Of a DNA stretch of 58,108 bases, positions 17,993 to 27,375 are shown piece by piece; position 1 is the first letter of the stretch; every line of letters starts with the position of its first letter. The notes under the pieces were generated by a model, which did no database searches, was not told the origin of the DNA, and saw only the letters and a list, made by a program, of their open reading frames with translations. A program made the translations under genes and the position numbers. The DNA is taken from positions 1 through 58,108 of IMG/VR virus record IMGVR_UViG_3300014961_000001; one strand, written 5' to 3'. The DNA is from a virus.

Positions 17993-18145
17993 TTAAGGCG
18001 CTTTATTATTAATATTTTCTTTGGTGCATTGTAGTTCATTGTTTAAAGCTTGTGGTGAGCTTTTACACAATTCAAGTGGTTCGGGTTTTGTGAAGATGCA
18101 ACCAGCTAAAGCCAGTGCAAAAAGCATGACTGATAAAGTTTTCAT
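17993..18145 (-). CDS. Small lipoprotein (50 aa), absent from the ORF track
   Basis: The minus strand reads MKTLSVMLFALALAGCIFTKPEPLELCKSSPQALNNELQCTKENINNKAP. The signal peptide has a LAGC lipobox. It fills the 17939-18169 gap. Confidence 0.6.
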   Translation of the reverse strand: MKTLSVMLFALALAGCIFTKPEPLELCKSSPQALNNELQCTKENINNKAP

Positions 18146-18169
18146 AAAGACCTTTAATTTAGATTGAAA

Positions 18170-18958
18170 TTAATCGCGTAGGTTGGGAACGTAGAACACC
18201 ATTACGCTTAGCATTGGGTCGTAAACACTATCAATGACATTGCCGTATGAGTAAGGCATCCATCTTGATAGGTCTAAATATAGCTTGTTGTCGGTTACAC
18301 GTATCCTTGCACTAAAAACACGATGCCCCATTCGGTAAAAATTACCACGCCACTCAGCAAGTGTTACCCTTGGATTGTTCAATATGTATAAGCAAAGCTT
18401 AGAATAGTCCAAACCCAAGCCTGATAAGTCTTTGAGTAAAATTGAGTGGCTACCGACACTGGTTACATTTAGCTTAACGTGATAGGACGCAATGTGATGA
18501 ACATAGCCAAGCACAGCATCAAAATGTACTCTGTTATCCTTAAAAATGGCCATTCCGTTCTTTGTTAGGCTTCTATCGGGGGCTGTTAGCCCAAGATGCA
18601 TAAATTGGCCAGAAACAGGAATGTTTTTATTACTATCGATATTTAAAGTCCAATCTCCACTCTGCTCCTGCTTTGACCATATGTTTAGATATGGTTGATT
18701 TTCTATGTCTGCAAAAACCCTGAACGCTGAAATATTTACATTATTCACATAATACTTATGCCCCCTAACCATGCTTAAAGGGACAGTAGTTTTAGTGGTA
18801 AACTGGGCTTGGCCATAAAAAGCTCTTGAAGTACCTACTGAATTAGCACTGAATGATGAGACTGAAAATGGAATAACTCTAGTGACCTGCATTGCTCGAA
18901 CACTATCACCAAGTAAAAGCGTTCCCCCTTTGTTTCTTATTTGAAAATTGCTACTCAT
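18170..18958 (-). CDS. Hypothetical tail-associated protein (262 aa)
   Basis: ORF in the tail or fibre cluster. It overlaps the upstream gene by 8 nt. Confidence 0.5.
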   Translation of the reverse strand: MSSNFQIRNKGGTLLLGDSVRAMQVTRVIPFSVSSFSANSVGTSRAFYGQAQFTTKTTVPLSMVRGHKYYVNNVNISAFRVFADIENQPYLNIWSKQEQSGDWTLNIDSNKNIPVSGQFMHLGLTAPDRSLTKNGMAIFKDNRVHFDAVLGYVHHIASYHVKLNVTSVGSHSILLKDLSGLGLDYSKLCLYILNNPRVTLAEWRGNFYRMGHRVFSARIRVTDNKLYLDLSRWMPYSYGNVIDSVYDPMLSVMVFYVPNLRD

Positions 18959-19304
18959 TAACTTCCCCTATAATGATTTCACAGCTTGAAATAAGTGGTT
19001 CTCCACCACCCCTCCAGTACAAGTATCCTTCTTGTCGGTAATAGGCACGTTCTGCTGAAAAAACATATCTATTTGATTCCACGGTTACTTGTGTGTAAAA
19101 AGACCACCCTCTAGCAATGATAATAAAAAATGGATTTTTATACATTCGCTGAGGAACGAATGGCAGTGATATGGAATTTGCTGTAGAAGTGAGTTTTTCA
19201 GGCGGAAAAACATAGGTCTCGACAATATGAGACATGGGTAGGGTTGGGTGAATGATCGCGCCATCCACAACCTCTGAAGTTACTTTTAGATTTACATTTG
19301 ACAT
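18951..19304 (-). CDS. Hypothetical tail-associated protein (117 aa)
   Basis: The ORF abuts the fibre gene stop. Confidence 0.5.
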   Translation of the reverse strand: MSNVNLKVTSEVVDGAIIHPTLPMSHIVETYVFPPEKLTSTANSISLPFVPQRMYKNPFFIIIARGWSFYTQVTVESNRYVFSAERAYYRQEGYLYWRGGGEPLISSCEIIIGEVNE

Positions 19305-22300
19305 TTATTGAATCTCAATTGGATCTTCATCCCACTCACCAATATAAATAATGGGGGTTTCATCGCTATCAAAAAAAGTGAGTAAATTCCCCTTAAATTC
19401 AAGTCTTGCACCAGTATCGGCGGTTCTAAGGTGGCCAATTTTTGCAGTAATTGCACCCAAATTATCAAATTGACCATCTACCGCTTCCACAATATTAGCC
19501 TTCATGCGGTCTGCGGCAATATCGCCAGATGTAATCTTGTCTGCGGAAAGGTTGCCAACATGGGCATTGGCAATACTACCGTCTTTAATGACGGCGGTAT
19601 TAATGATCGTTCGCCCATCACTGTCAATTACAAACGGTACGGCGACCTGGCCATCTGGACTAACCACACTAAAGCGATTAGTTAGAACGATGAAGTCTGA
19701 TTCTGCTCCCGTGGTGCCTAGACTCACCCCGGATACCCTGCCACCGGCTTGAACTTTTATTTTCCATTCAGCATTGATCCCATCAACGGCGGTCTTGGTT
19801 TCCTGAATAGACGATGTATGGCCGTCTACTGTTGTTTGTACAGTTTCAATTGTTTCGGACAAAGCACTATCTGCACTTGCTCTGGTTGTTGCTTCTTGTT
19901 GTATTGCTGCTGAAATATCATCACCAAACTTCGTCTGTAGTGTGGTTATTTGCTGTGCAAGCGCATCATCTTTACTAATTCTGGCTTGTGATTCGGTTTG
20001 AATTGCAGATGTGGCTGCGGTAGCCTTTTCGTCAGTGCTGCTTATTTCGGCTTGGAGTGTGGTGACTTGCTCTGCCATAGCGCTATTTTGATCGGTTCTT
20101 ACCCTTGATTCCTCTTGAATGGCGGCAGTTATATCATTATTTACCTTTGCTGAAAGTGTGGTGACTTGCTCGGCAAGTGATTCGTCCCCCAAAGCTCTTA
20201 CTCTGGATTCTTCCTGTATAGACGCGGCTATGTCATTGTTCACTTTTGCAGATAGTGTTGTGACCTGCTCTGCTAGAGATTCATCTGCGGCAGTTCTTAC
20301 TCTTGATTCTTCTTTGATTGCAGCATCAATATCATTGTTTACCTTCGCTGAAAGGGTTGTAACCTGTTCAGCAAGTGCTGAATTTTCAGTAACCCTTACG
20401 CTTGATTCTTCTAGGATTAAAGCGCGTACCTGCTTCTTCTCACTATCAAATTCAGCAATTAAACCGTCTGTGCGTTGGGATTGTATTAGATCTCCTTCGA
20501 TACGTGCGCTCTGTTCGGTCCAAGCACCAGCCAGTTTTGATTGATCGCCGGCAAGGTTATCATCCCCGGCCATCTCAGGATTCACTTGAGCAAATACACC
20601 GTCCAGTTTTGTGGATAACGCACCTGTTTCGGTGGCTCTAGTTTCTGCCTCTTCGGTGATTAAGCCTCTAATCTCCGTGTCATTTGTTGCGTACTCAGCA
20701 ACAAATGTATCAATACGTCCAGATAAAGCACCTGTTTCATCCGCCCTGGTATTTGACTCTGTGGTAATTAACCCTCTAATCGCAGTGTCTTTTAAGGTGA
20801 AATCAGAAATAACCGTGTCAATGCGGCTGGCTAAAACACCTGTTTCATCAGCTCTCGTTTGAGATTCGGTTGAGATTAGTCCTCTGACGGCAGTATCTTT
20901 TAATGCAAATTCAGATGCTATATTGTCAATACGGCCAGACAACGCCCCTGTTTCTGTAGCTCTGGTATTTGACTCTGTGGTGATCAACCCCCTAACTGCT
21001 GTGTCCTTCAATGTAAAGTCTGAAATCACACTATCGATTCGACCAGCTAAAGCACCGTTTTCATCAGCTCTGGTTTGAGATTCGGTTGTGATCAGCCCCC
21101 TAACCGCTACATCCTTTAAATTCAGATCAGAAATAACGGTATCAATACGTCCAGATAAGGCACCAGTTTCATCAGCTCTGGTTTGAGATTCGGTTGTGAT
21201 CAACCCTCTAACAGCTGTATCGTTTATGGCGAAATCTGAAATCACACTATCAATGCGTCCTGCCAGTGATTCGGTTTCAGTGGATCTAGCATTGGTTTCG
21301 GTCAGTACGGCTGCTGAAATATCCTTTCCGACCTGAGTGTAAAGCTGGGTGATTCTATTGGCTGTGGCTTCGTTCTCGGTGGCCCTGGTCTGAGATTCAT
21401 TTGTAATTAAGCCTCTAACCGTAGTGTCCTTTAATTGAACCTCTGCAACTAGATCATTAATCTGTTTTGTTGTTGCTTCATTCTGGCTGGATCTTACTGT
21501 TGCTTCATTGGTAATTAAGCCCCGGATAGCCGTGTCGCTTGTTGCAAAGTCGGTGATTACACTATCAATGCGTTCAGCTGTAGCTTCGTCTGCTGTCGTT
21601 CTGGCTTCTTGTTCGGCCTGAATTAAGGCTCTTATATCACTATCACTATTTTTCAAACTTGCTGATACGGACGCAATCTCTGTTGCTAGTGCTTCATTCT
21701 CGCTGGCTCTAGTGGTTTGCTCCTGAGTAATCAGCGCTTTGGTTTGGGTGTCATTAATTTCAATCACAGACTGGACGGTATCAATACGCTGTGATAATGC
21801 CATATCTCCTTCGATACGTGCGCTCTGTTCGGTCCACACGCCAGCCAGTTTTGATTGATCGCCAGCAAGGTTATCATCCCCGGCCATCTCGGGGTTCACT
21901 TGAGCAAATACACCGTCCAGTTTTGTGGATAATGCACCTGTTTCGGTGGCTCTGGTTTCAGCTTCTTCGGTGATTAGTGCTGTTAAATTTTGATTATTTG
22001 TGTTTACGGTTGCAGATAATGTACTTATATCGCCAGCAAGTGCTTCATCTTGAGTTGTTCTTGCGGTTTGTTCCGCATAGATTGCAGCTGAAATATCATC
22101 ACTGACCTTGGCTGATAGCCCTGTGATCTGTTGGGTTAGTGCTTCATTCTCTGTCGCTCGTGCCTGTTGCTCCGCTGTAATCAGGCTCTTAACTTCGGAA
22201 TCATTTAAGGCAACCACGGCGCTAAGTGCTTCTGTTTTTTCGGCATTGGTTTGATCTGCGGTGACTCTGGCTGTTTGTTCTGCCTGAATTGCAGCTTCAT

Positions 22301-25199
22301 TCTCCCCAACGGATGCAGACATTAAGTTTATCTGCTGCGTAAGTGCATTATCCCGTTCAGTTCTGGCAGTTTGCTCTTGAGTAATAGCGGCTGCATTACT
22401 CTCCGTTCTGGCCTCAAGTAAACTGGCTCTCTCTGCTAAAACCCGATTGGCTTCGGCTGAAACACTTGACGAATCTAAAATCAATCCTTTGTAGATCTGA
22501 TCGTTATTAGTTACGGTTGCAGACAGTGATGCAATAGCATTGGCGTTAGCCCTGTCTGCTGTAGCTCTAGCTTGCTGTTCTTCTGATAAGGCAGAATATG
22601 ATGCAGACGGCGAAGGTCTGCCAATTGCCACCCAATCAATAAAGAAGTAGTTATCAGGATCTTGGCTACTTAAAAACTTAATCTTGATTTGGTTGATGTC
22701 ACCCATCCAAGCAATATCGGCTTGAACTAGACTGATATTACTCATATCCCATGCTGGTTCTGGAATGATGTGGCTTTTGCTAAAGTTCTCACCATAAAGC
22801 AATACACCATCCCAGACAGGTTCCCCGACCTTCTTAATCCTGGTTCTGAAATACGGATAGGTTGATCCACTTACACCTTCCAGCACTGGACTGATTAAAA
22901 AATTCTCTGCTGTGCTATCTGCTGCACGTATATAGCCATTCTCAACAATGGGTACACCTGTTTGGCTGGTCCAGCCCTCTACACCTTCATCAAAAAACCA
23001 GATTTCTTTTGTATCAAATTGCTCACCCACGCCAGCACTAATAAAAGTCATCTCTCTGGATAGGGATTCAATCTGGCTGGTTCTGACTTCCTGCTCCTCC
23101 GTAATTAGTCCAAACAAGTCATTGCTTTTACTGGTTAGTGTTTCAATCTGTCCTGCAATCGCTCCGTCTGCTGTTGTTCTGGCAATCTGCTCTGCTGTGA
23201 TTGCAGCTTCATTGGCATTAGATTTGACGACCAGTGTGTCTATACGCTGAGATAATGCACCATCCTCTGTTGCTCTTGTATTGGCCTCTGCGGTGATTAA
23301 TGCACGTGTGTCTGTGTTGTTCTTGGTTATTGTGGCAGACATGGTTGTGAGCTGGTTGGTGGTTGCTTCGTCTGCGGTAACTCTAGCCTGTTGCTCTTGG
23401 GTGATCAGTGCCTTGGTTGCGCTGTCATTTGACTTAATTTCAGCAATAACCGTGTCAACACGTTGTGACAGGACAATATCCCCTTCGATACGTGCATCCG
23501 CTTCGGTCCATACTCCAGCGGCCTTATCGCTACCAGCAAGGCTATCGTCACCTGCCATGCTTGGGTTTACTTGTGCAAAAACTCCATCCAATTTAGTGGA
23601 AATGGCTTCGGTTTCTGTGGCTCTTGCTTGGGATTCGGATGTGATCAGTGCTTTGACATTGGTATCATTTGTACTGACGGTGGCTGATAGTGCATTTATA
23701 TCATTTGCTAGCGCTGTTGTTGCTGTGGATCTGGCCTGCTGCTCAGCTGTGATTAATGCTTTAACATTGGTGTCATTGGTTGATACTGTTGCAGCCAATA
23801 GCCCTACTGTTTCAGTTGTAGCTTCATCTGCTGTAATTCTTGCTTGTGTTTCATCGAAAATTAAACCACGTAGCGTTGTATCGTTGGCCGCTACTGTACC
23901 GGTGACAATCCCAATCTGCTGGATAAGCTTTTCATCTTCGGATTGTCTGACAACCTGTTCCGCATAGACAGCCTGGTCTATTGCTTCTGCTCTGGCTTGT
24001 GCTTCTGCCAGTATTTCATCCTGTCTAATTGTTGCTTCATTCTGGATTGCTGCTGCCCTTGCGGTTTGCTCTGCGGCCAGCGCAAGACTAGACACTAAGG
24101 CTGATTCTGCAATTTGCTGCTGTCTGGCTGTTGCTTCTGCCTGTATTTGGGTATTTCTAGCTGCTGCTTCTGCACCCACTCGTGTTGTAATACTTAACTC
24201 AACACGCTCAACTTCCGTGGTTCGTGCCAAGGCTTCGGCAGTAATGTCTAGTTGTCGTTGCTCTCGTTCTGTCTGCAACTTTTGATTGAAAGCAAGTGTG
24301 GTGTCTGAAATAGCTTTTGCCCTATCTGCAACCTCGCTTGCAATTGACTGTGTTAATGATGAGATAGCATCAGATCTAATCGCTGCTTCATTTGCGATAG
24401 CTGTGGCTCTTGCATTAGCCTCGTTTGCAAGCGCAACTGCTCTTGCTGTGGCTTCTGCTGCAATATCTCTTACCCTTGCAGCTGATTCACTGGCAATAGC
24501 TTCAGCTCTTGCTGCTGCTTCATTAGAAATAGCAGAGGCTCTGGCTAAAGCCTCTGCCGCAATAGCCTTGGCATTGAGTTCAATTCTGGCAATTTCCGTT
24601 TTAAGGGACTGGGTAAACTGAGATGCGTTAATTTTGTCTGTAAGCTGCTCTAACAGGTACGCAATGTCGATACTGGTTTCAGCATACACAGACGGCGCAA
24701 GTTGACCTTCTACGCCGTACTTGCTGATAGTTCTTACCCAGTAATATGCTTTGATGCCATTACCAACATAATCTGTATAAACATCCCCTAGAGTAGATCC
24801 AATCTGAACTGCTAACCCAAAATCATTTGTTTCAGATCTGTAGACAGCATTATGCCCAAAGACTTGGCTGGCTGGAGTTTCAAAGGATAGAGTTACAGAA
24901 CTGTATGCACCACTGGCTACAAGGTTTAATACCATATCTGGTACAGTTGGGCTGTACTCCGGGTCTTTTGGTATCAGTGATTCCAGATTGCCGTTATTAA
25001 ATTTAACCAGGCCAATATCAACCAAGTCGCTTTTTGTGACTGATTTTTTAATAGCGGTCTGAACGGCAGAATCAATACTCTTGATCCATGTCTGTAGTGT
25101 TGCATCCTCTACCGCTGGAATAGCGGCTGTGGTTGTCTTGGTTTTTTTTAAAACCTGGGAAAGCTGCCGGTTATTCCTAATCTTGTTTAAAAGGCTCAT
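19305..25199 (-). CDS. Long coiled-coil tail fibre or host-specificity protein (1964 aa) with tandem repeats
   Basis: The N-terminal FN3-like YYWVRTISKYGVEG and the C-terminal segment AEWKIKVQAGGRVSGVSLG...FIVLTNRFSV resemble J-type host-specificity ends. The centre holds dozens of heptad-like N-D-T-x-(K/R)-x-L-I-T-x-E-x-x-x-R repeats. Confidence 0.7.
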   Translation of the reverse strand: MSLLNKIRNNRQLSQVLKKTKTTTAAIPAVEDATLQTWIKSIDSAVQTAIKKSVTKSDLVDIGLVKFNNGNLESLIPKDPEYSPTVPDMVLNLVASGAYSSVTLSFETPASQVFGHNAVYRSETNDFGLAVQIGSTLGDVYTDYVGNGIKAYYWVRTISKYGVEGQLAPSVYAETSIDIAYLLEQLTDKINASQFTQSLKTEIARIELNAKAIAAEALARASAISNEAAARAEAIASESAARVRDIAAEATARAVALANEANARATAIANEAAIRSDAISSLTQSIASEVADRAKAISDTTLAFNQKLQTEREQRQLDITAEALARTTEVERVELSITTRVGAEAAARNTQIQAEATARQQQIAESALVSSLALAAEQTARAAAIQNEATIRQDEILAEAQARAEAIDQAVYAEQVVRQSEDEKLIQQIGIVTGTVAANDTTLRGLIFDETQARITADEATTETVGLLAATVSTNDTNVKALITAEQQARSTATTALANDINALSATVSTNDTNVKALITSESQARATETEAISTKLDGVFAQVNPSMAGDDSLAGSDKAAGVWTEADARIEGDIVLSQRVDTVIAEIKSNDSATKALITQEQQARVTADEATTNQLTTMSATITKNNTDTRALITAEANTRATEDGALSQRIDTLVVKSNANEAAITAEQIARTTADGAIAGQIETLTSKSNDLFGLITEEQEVRTSQIESLSREMTFISAGVGEQFDTKEIWFFDEGVEGWTSQTGVPIVENGYIRAADSTAENFLISPVLEGVSGSTYPYFRTRIKKVGEPVWDGVLLYGENFSKSHIIPEPAWDMSNISLVQADIAWMGDINQIKIKFLSSQDPDNYFFIDWVAIGRPSPSASYSALSEEQQARATADRANANAIASLSATVTNNDQIYKGLILDSSSVSAEANRVLAERASLLEARTESNAAAITQEQTARTERDNALTQQINLMSASVGENEAAIQAEQTARVTADQTNAEKTEALSAVVALNDSEVKSLITAEQQARATENEALTQQITGLSAKVSDDISAAIYAEQTARTTQDEALAGDISTLSATVNTNNQNLTALITEEAETRATETGALSTKLDGVFAQVNPEMAGDDNLAGDQSKLAGVWTEQSARIEGDMALSQRIDTVQSVIEINDTQTKALITQEQTTRASENEALATEIASVSASLKNSDSDIRALIQAEQEARTTADEATAERIDSVITDFATSDTAIRGLITNEATVRSSQNEATTKQINDLVAEVQLKDTTVRGLITNESQTRATENEATANRITQLYTQVGKDISAAVLTETNARSTETESLAGRIDSVISDFAINDTAVRGLITTESQTRADETGALSGRIDTVISDLNLKDVAVRGLITTESQTRADENGALAGRIDSVISDFTLKDTAVRGLITTESNTRATETGALSGRIDNIASEFALKDTAVRGLISTESQTRADETGVLASRIDTVISDFTLKDTAIRGLITTESNTRADETGALSGRIDTFVAEYATNDTEIRGLITEEAETRATETGALSTKLDGVFAQVNPEMAGDDNLAGDQSKLAGAWTEQSARIEGDLIQSQRTDGLIAEFDSEKKQVRALILEESSVRVTENSALAEQVTTLSAKVNNDIDAAIKEESRVRTAADESLAEQVTTLSAKVNNDIAASIQEESRVRALGDESLAEQVTTLSAKVNNDITAAIQEESRVRTDQNSAMAEQVTTLQAEISSTDEKATAATSAIQTESQARISKDDALAQQITTLQTKFGDDISAAIQQEATTRASADSALSETIETVQTTVDGHTSSIQETKTAVDGINAEWKIKVQAGGRVSGVSLGTTGAESDFIVLTNRFSVVSPDGQVAVPFVIDSDGRTIINTAVIKDGSIANAHVGNLSADKITSGDIAADRMKANIVEAVDGQFDNLGAITAKIGHLRTADTGARLEFKGNLLTFFDSDETPIIYIGEWDEDPIEIQ
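20640..21290 (-). repeat. About six tandem 105-bp (35-aa) repeats inside the fibre gene
   Basis: The protein repeat ETGALSGRIDTVISDFxLKDTAVRGLITTESQTRAD is iterated. The DNA periodicity is visible in lines 20641-21300. Confidence 0.8.
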
Positions 25200-26869
25200 T
25201 TACTTAACTCCAGCATAGAATTAGCAAGCACAACTTCTCTTACCTGTGATGTAGCTGCGATCTCGAATTGCCAGTCATATCGATGTGAATGGTTTGGAAG
25301 TCTAAAAGGTTTGCGGTCTGTGAGTTTTCGTGTGTAAAGCAGTGCGCCGTCTGCATATATCTTTAAAGTGATATTGCTGTAGTCATCCGCAATGACTTTA
25401 CAGGCCAACATTCTTGTGCCGTCACTCCCTACATCAAATAGCTTGCTGCGCCATGTGTATGGCTTCTTAATGTCTGCTGTGTCATCAAATCGATAAACGG
25501 TCAAGTCATCAGCAAGGAAAAACAATTGCTCTGTTTGGTGGTGTCGGGTGACTGATTTAAACCATATATCCAGCTCAACTAATCCGAAGTCCACTTGTAA
25601 TGGATCGAATAAGAATGCCCCTTTCTTTACACCATTGTTATAGAAAAACAGGTATTTTCCCCGGTGTTCAACGGCGTGAATACTCGCTGGATTTAATGCA
25701 GCCCAGGTATCCTTATCAAAGAATGAATCACTGACAAGTTTTGCTGTTGATCCATAAGCCATGACGATACCGTTAGGGCTGGCATAGCATACACACTTCG
25801 CCATGCTGACCAGTGAACGCTTGGAAACACAAGCTTCATTGATTGGAAGTTCGTTGATTGTGGTAGATGCTGGATCTATCCCTGAGATGAGATACGGCGT
25901 ACCTGTGGTTGCACACAAGATATAGTTTTCATAGTGGCCCATTGCAACAATGTCATATTGCATGGTTAGCTCGTAATCACGCGGCCATGCGTATGGGTGA
26001 TATGGCTGGGAGAAACACGCTATCTTTCCAGTAAAGGCATAATTTACGCCGTTTGGTGTGACATTAATTCCCTGCATACCTGTTCTGGGTTCATCCCATG
26101 TAAGGGTGGGTAGTGGATCACTGGTGTTTACGTCATTACCATCTAGTTTGTCTACAAACTGCGCTTCTGCTGCCACAACCTGCCCTACAAAATAGAGGTC
26201 CGCATTCCCGCTTGAGTCTGTTATGGATCTATATATTCTTTTGTGCTTGATTAGCCTGCCCTGTGATGCTGTGGTGTCGATAATTAGATTGGTAATTGTT
26301 GCTGTGCTTTTGTCGTGCGGCATGAATACCGCGGCGCTAGCTGGGCTTGGTGCTGATTCCTCGCCAGTTTCAGATACATAGGTATACACATAGATCCGGG
26401 CTTCATCCGATAGTTCTTCGAGTTCTTCTTCTGTGTATGTGGTCGTGTGACTGCTCACCATTGGGCCTTGTGTTGGTGCTGGAATGCCTACTCGATACCA
26501 TGTTTGTGGGTTGTGATTGATCCCATTAGTTAAATTTGGGGTGTACGAGTAAAGTAAGTGGCCGTTATCGCGGCTATCACCCGACCAATAGACACGGCGG
26601 TATTGATCATCTGCAATTGGTGAATAACAAATATCGACATAATCTTTAAACTGAAAAAACCCTTCTTTTTCTGGAAACTTATAAAAGGCGATGGATTTTG
26701 TTTCAGATCCAATCTCATTTAATTTTTGCTTGATGGGTAGTGCGTAAAAGGGGCGCAATACGCCACTGGTTACATCAACATTCAGGGCCTTCTCTGCTGC
26801 GGTATCTTTTAGTTTGGTCTTATGGATACGTGGGAATGAACCTAAAAAATTGGATACTTTAATTTGCAT
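25196..26869 (-). CDS. Tail structural protein (557 aa), function unassigned
   Basis: Large ORF between the DGR cassette and the fibre gene, with a 4-nt overlap with the fibre gene. Confidence 0.55.
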   Translation of the reverse strand: MQIKVSNFLGSFPRIHKTKLKDTAAEKALNVDVTSGVLRPFYALPIKQKLNEIGSETKSIAFYKFPEKEGFFQFKDYVDICYSPIADDQYRRVYWSGDSRDNGHLLYSYTPNLTNGINHNPQTWYRVGIPAPTQGPMVSSHTTTYTEEELEELSDEARIYVYTYVSETGEESAPSPASAAVFMPHDKSTATITNLIIDTTASQGRLIKHKRIYRSITDSSGNADLYFVGQVVAAEAQFVDKLDGNDVNTSDPLPTLTWDEPRTGMQGINVTPNGVNYAFTGKIACFSQPYHPYAWPRDYELTMQYDIVAMGHYENYILCATTGTPYLISGIDPASTTINELPINEACVSKRSLVSMAKCVCYASPNGIVMAYGSTAKLVSDSFFDKDTWAALNPASIHAVEHRGKYLFFYNNGVKKGAFLFDPLQVDFGLVELDIWFKSVTRHHQTEQLFFLADDLTVYRFDDTADIKKPYTWRSKLFDVGSDGTRMLACKVIADDYSNITLKIYADGALLYTRKLTDRKPFRLPNHSHRYDWQFEIAATSQVREVVLANSMLELSK

Positions 26870-26888
26870 AACTGCACCTGTGTTGATA

Positions 26889-26916
26889 ATAAAAAAAGGC
26901 GCTGGTTAGAGCGCCT
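26889..26916 (-). terminator. Intrinsic terminator closing the DGR cassette
   Basis: Minus strand: aggcgct-ctaacc-agcgcct followed by tttttttatt. Confidence 0.75.
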
Positions 26917-26931
26917 TTAATTTGGTGGTGT

Positions 26932-27375
26932 TTAGAGTGTTAGTGCTTGCGACCAAATCTCATCAATTTGAGATGAAGATAACCCCATCAGCGCTGCCAT
27001 TACGAAAAGACTGCTATTATTTCGCTCAAACACCGTAGCATCCTGCCATTCGATTTGAATAATTTGACGCTGCATATCATCTTCGATTTGATTAATAAGC
27101 GCTTCAATATCAGCAAGAGCAAAGCCATTCATGACAAGTGCTAATCGGAATTGACGGCGTGTTAGTGGTTTTAATGGCGGTTTTTCGTAGGTGACTGCCC
27201 ACACGTAATCAGGGTTGAATTGCGATAGTGCGTTTAGGATCTTTCCCTTGTCGCAATTGAGGTCTTTGATTAGATCCACAACACCATCCATATTGGGTGT
27301 AATTGTGCATCCATCTTGTGTGACTTCTAGCTGGTGAATCTCTGCGCCGTTTCGGTTTGATACAAGCTTAAGCAT
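26932..27375 (-). CDS. Hypothetical 147-aa protein translationally coupled to the DGR RT
   Basis: Its ATG overlaps the RT stop (TAATG). No family was recognised. It could be a fibre chaperone or a DGR accessory protein. Confidence 0.55.
   Translation of the reverse strand: MLKLVSNRNGAEIHQLEVTQDGCTITPNMDGVVDLIKDLNCDKGKILNALSQFNPDYVWAVTYEKPPLKPLTRRQFRLALVMNGFALADIEALINQIEDDMQRQIIQIEWQDATVFERNNSSLFVMAALMGLSSSQIDEIWSQALTL

Noticed and set aside
17993-18145. The 50-aa lipoprotein as the missing o-spanin
   Set aside because: It is 22 kb from the lysis cassette, is neither embedded in nor adjacent to an i-spanin-like gene, and lacks the Pro-rich character I would expect. This is kept only as a remote possibility.
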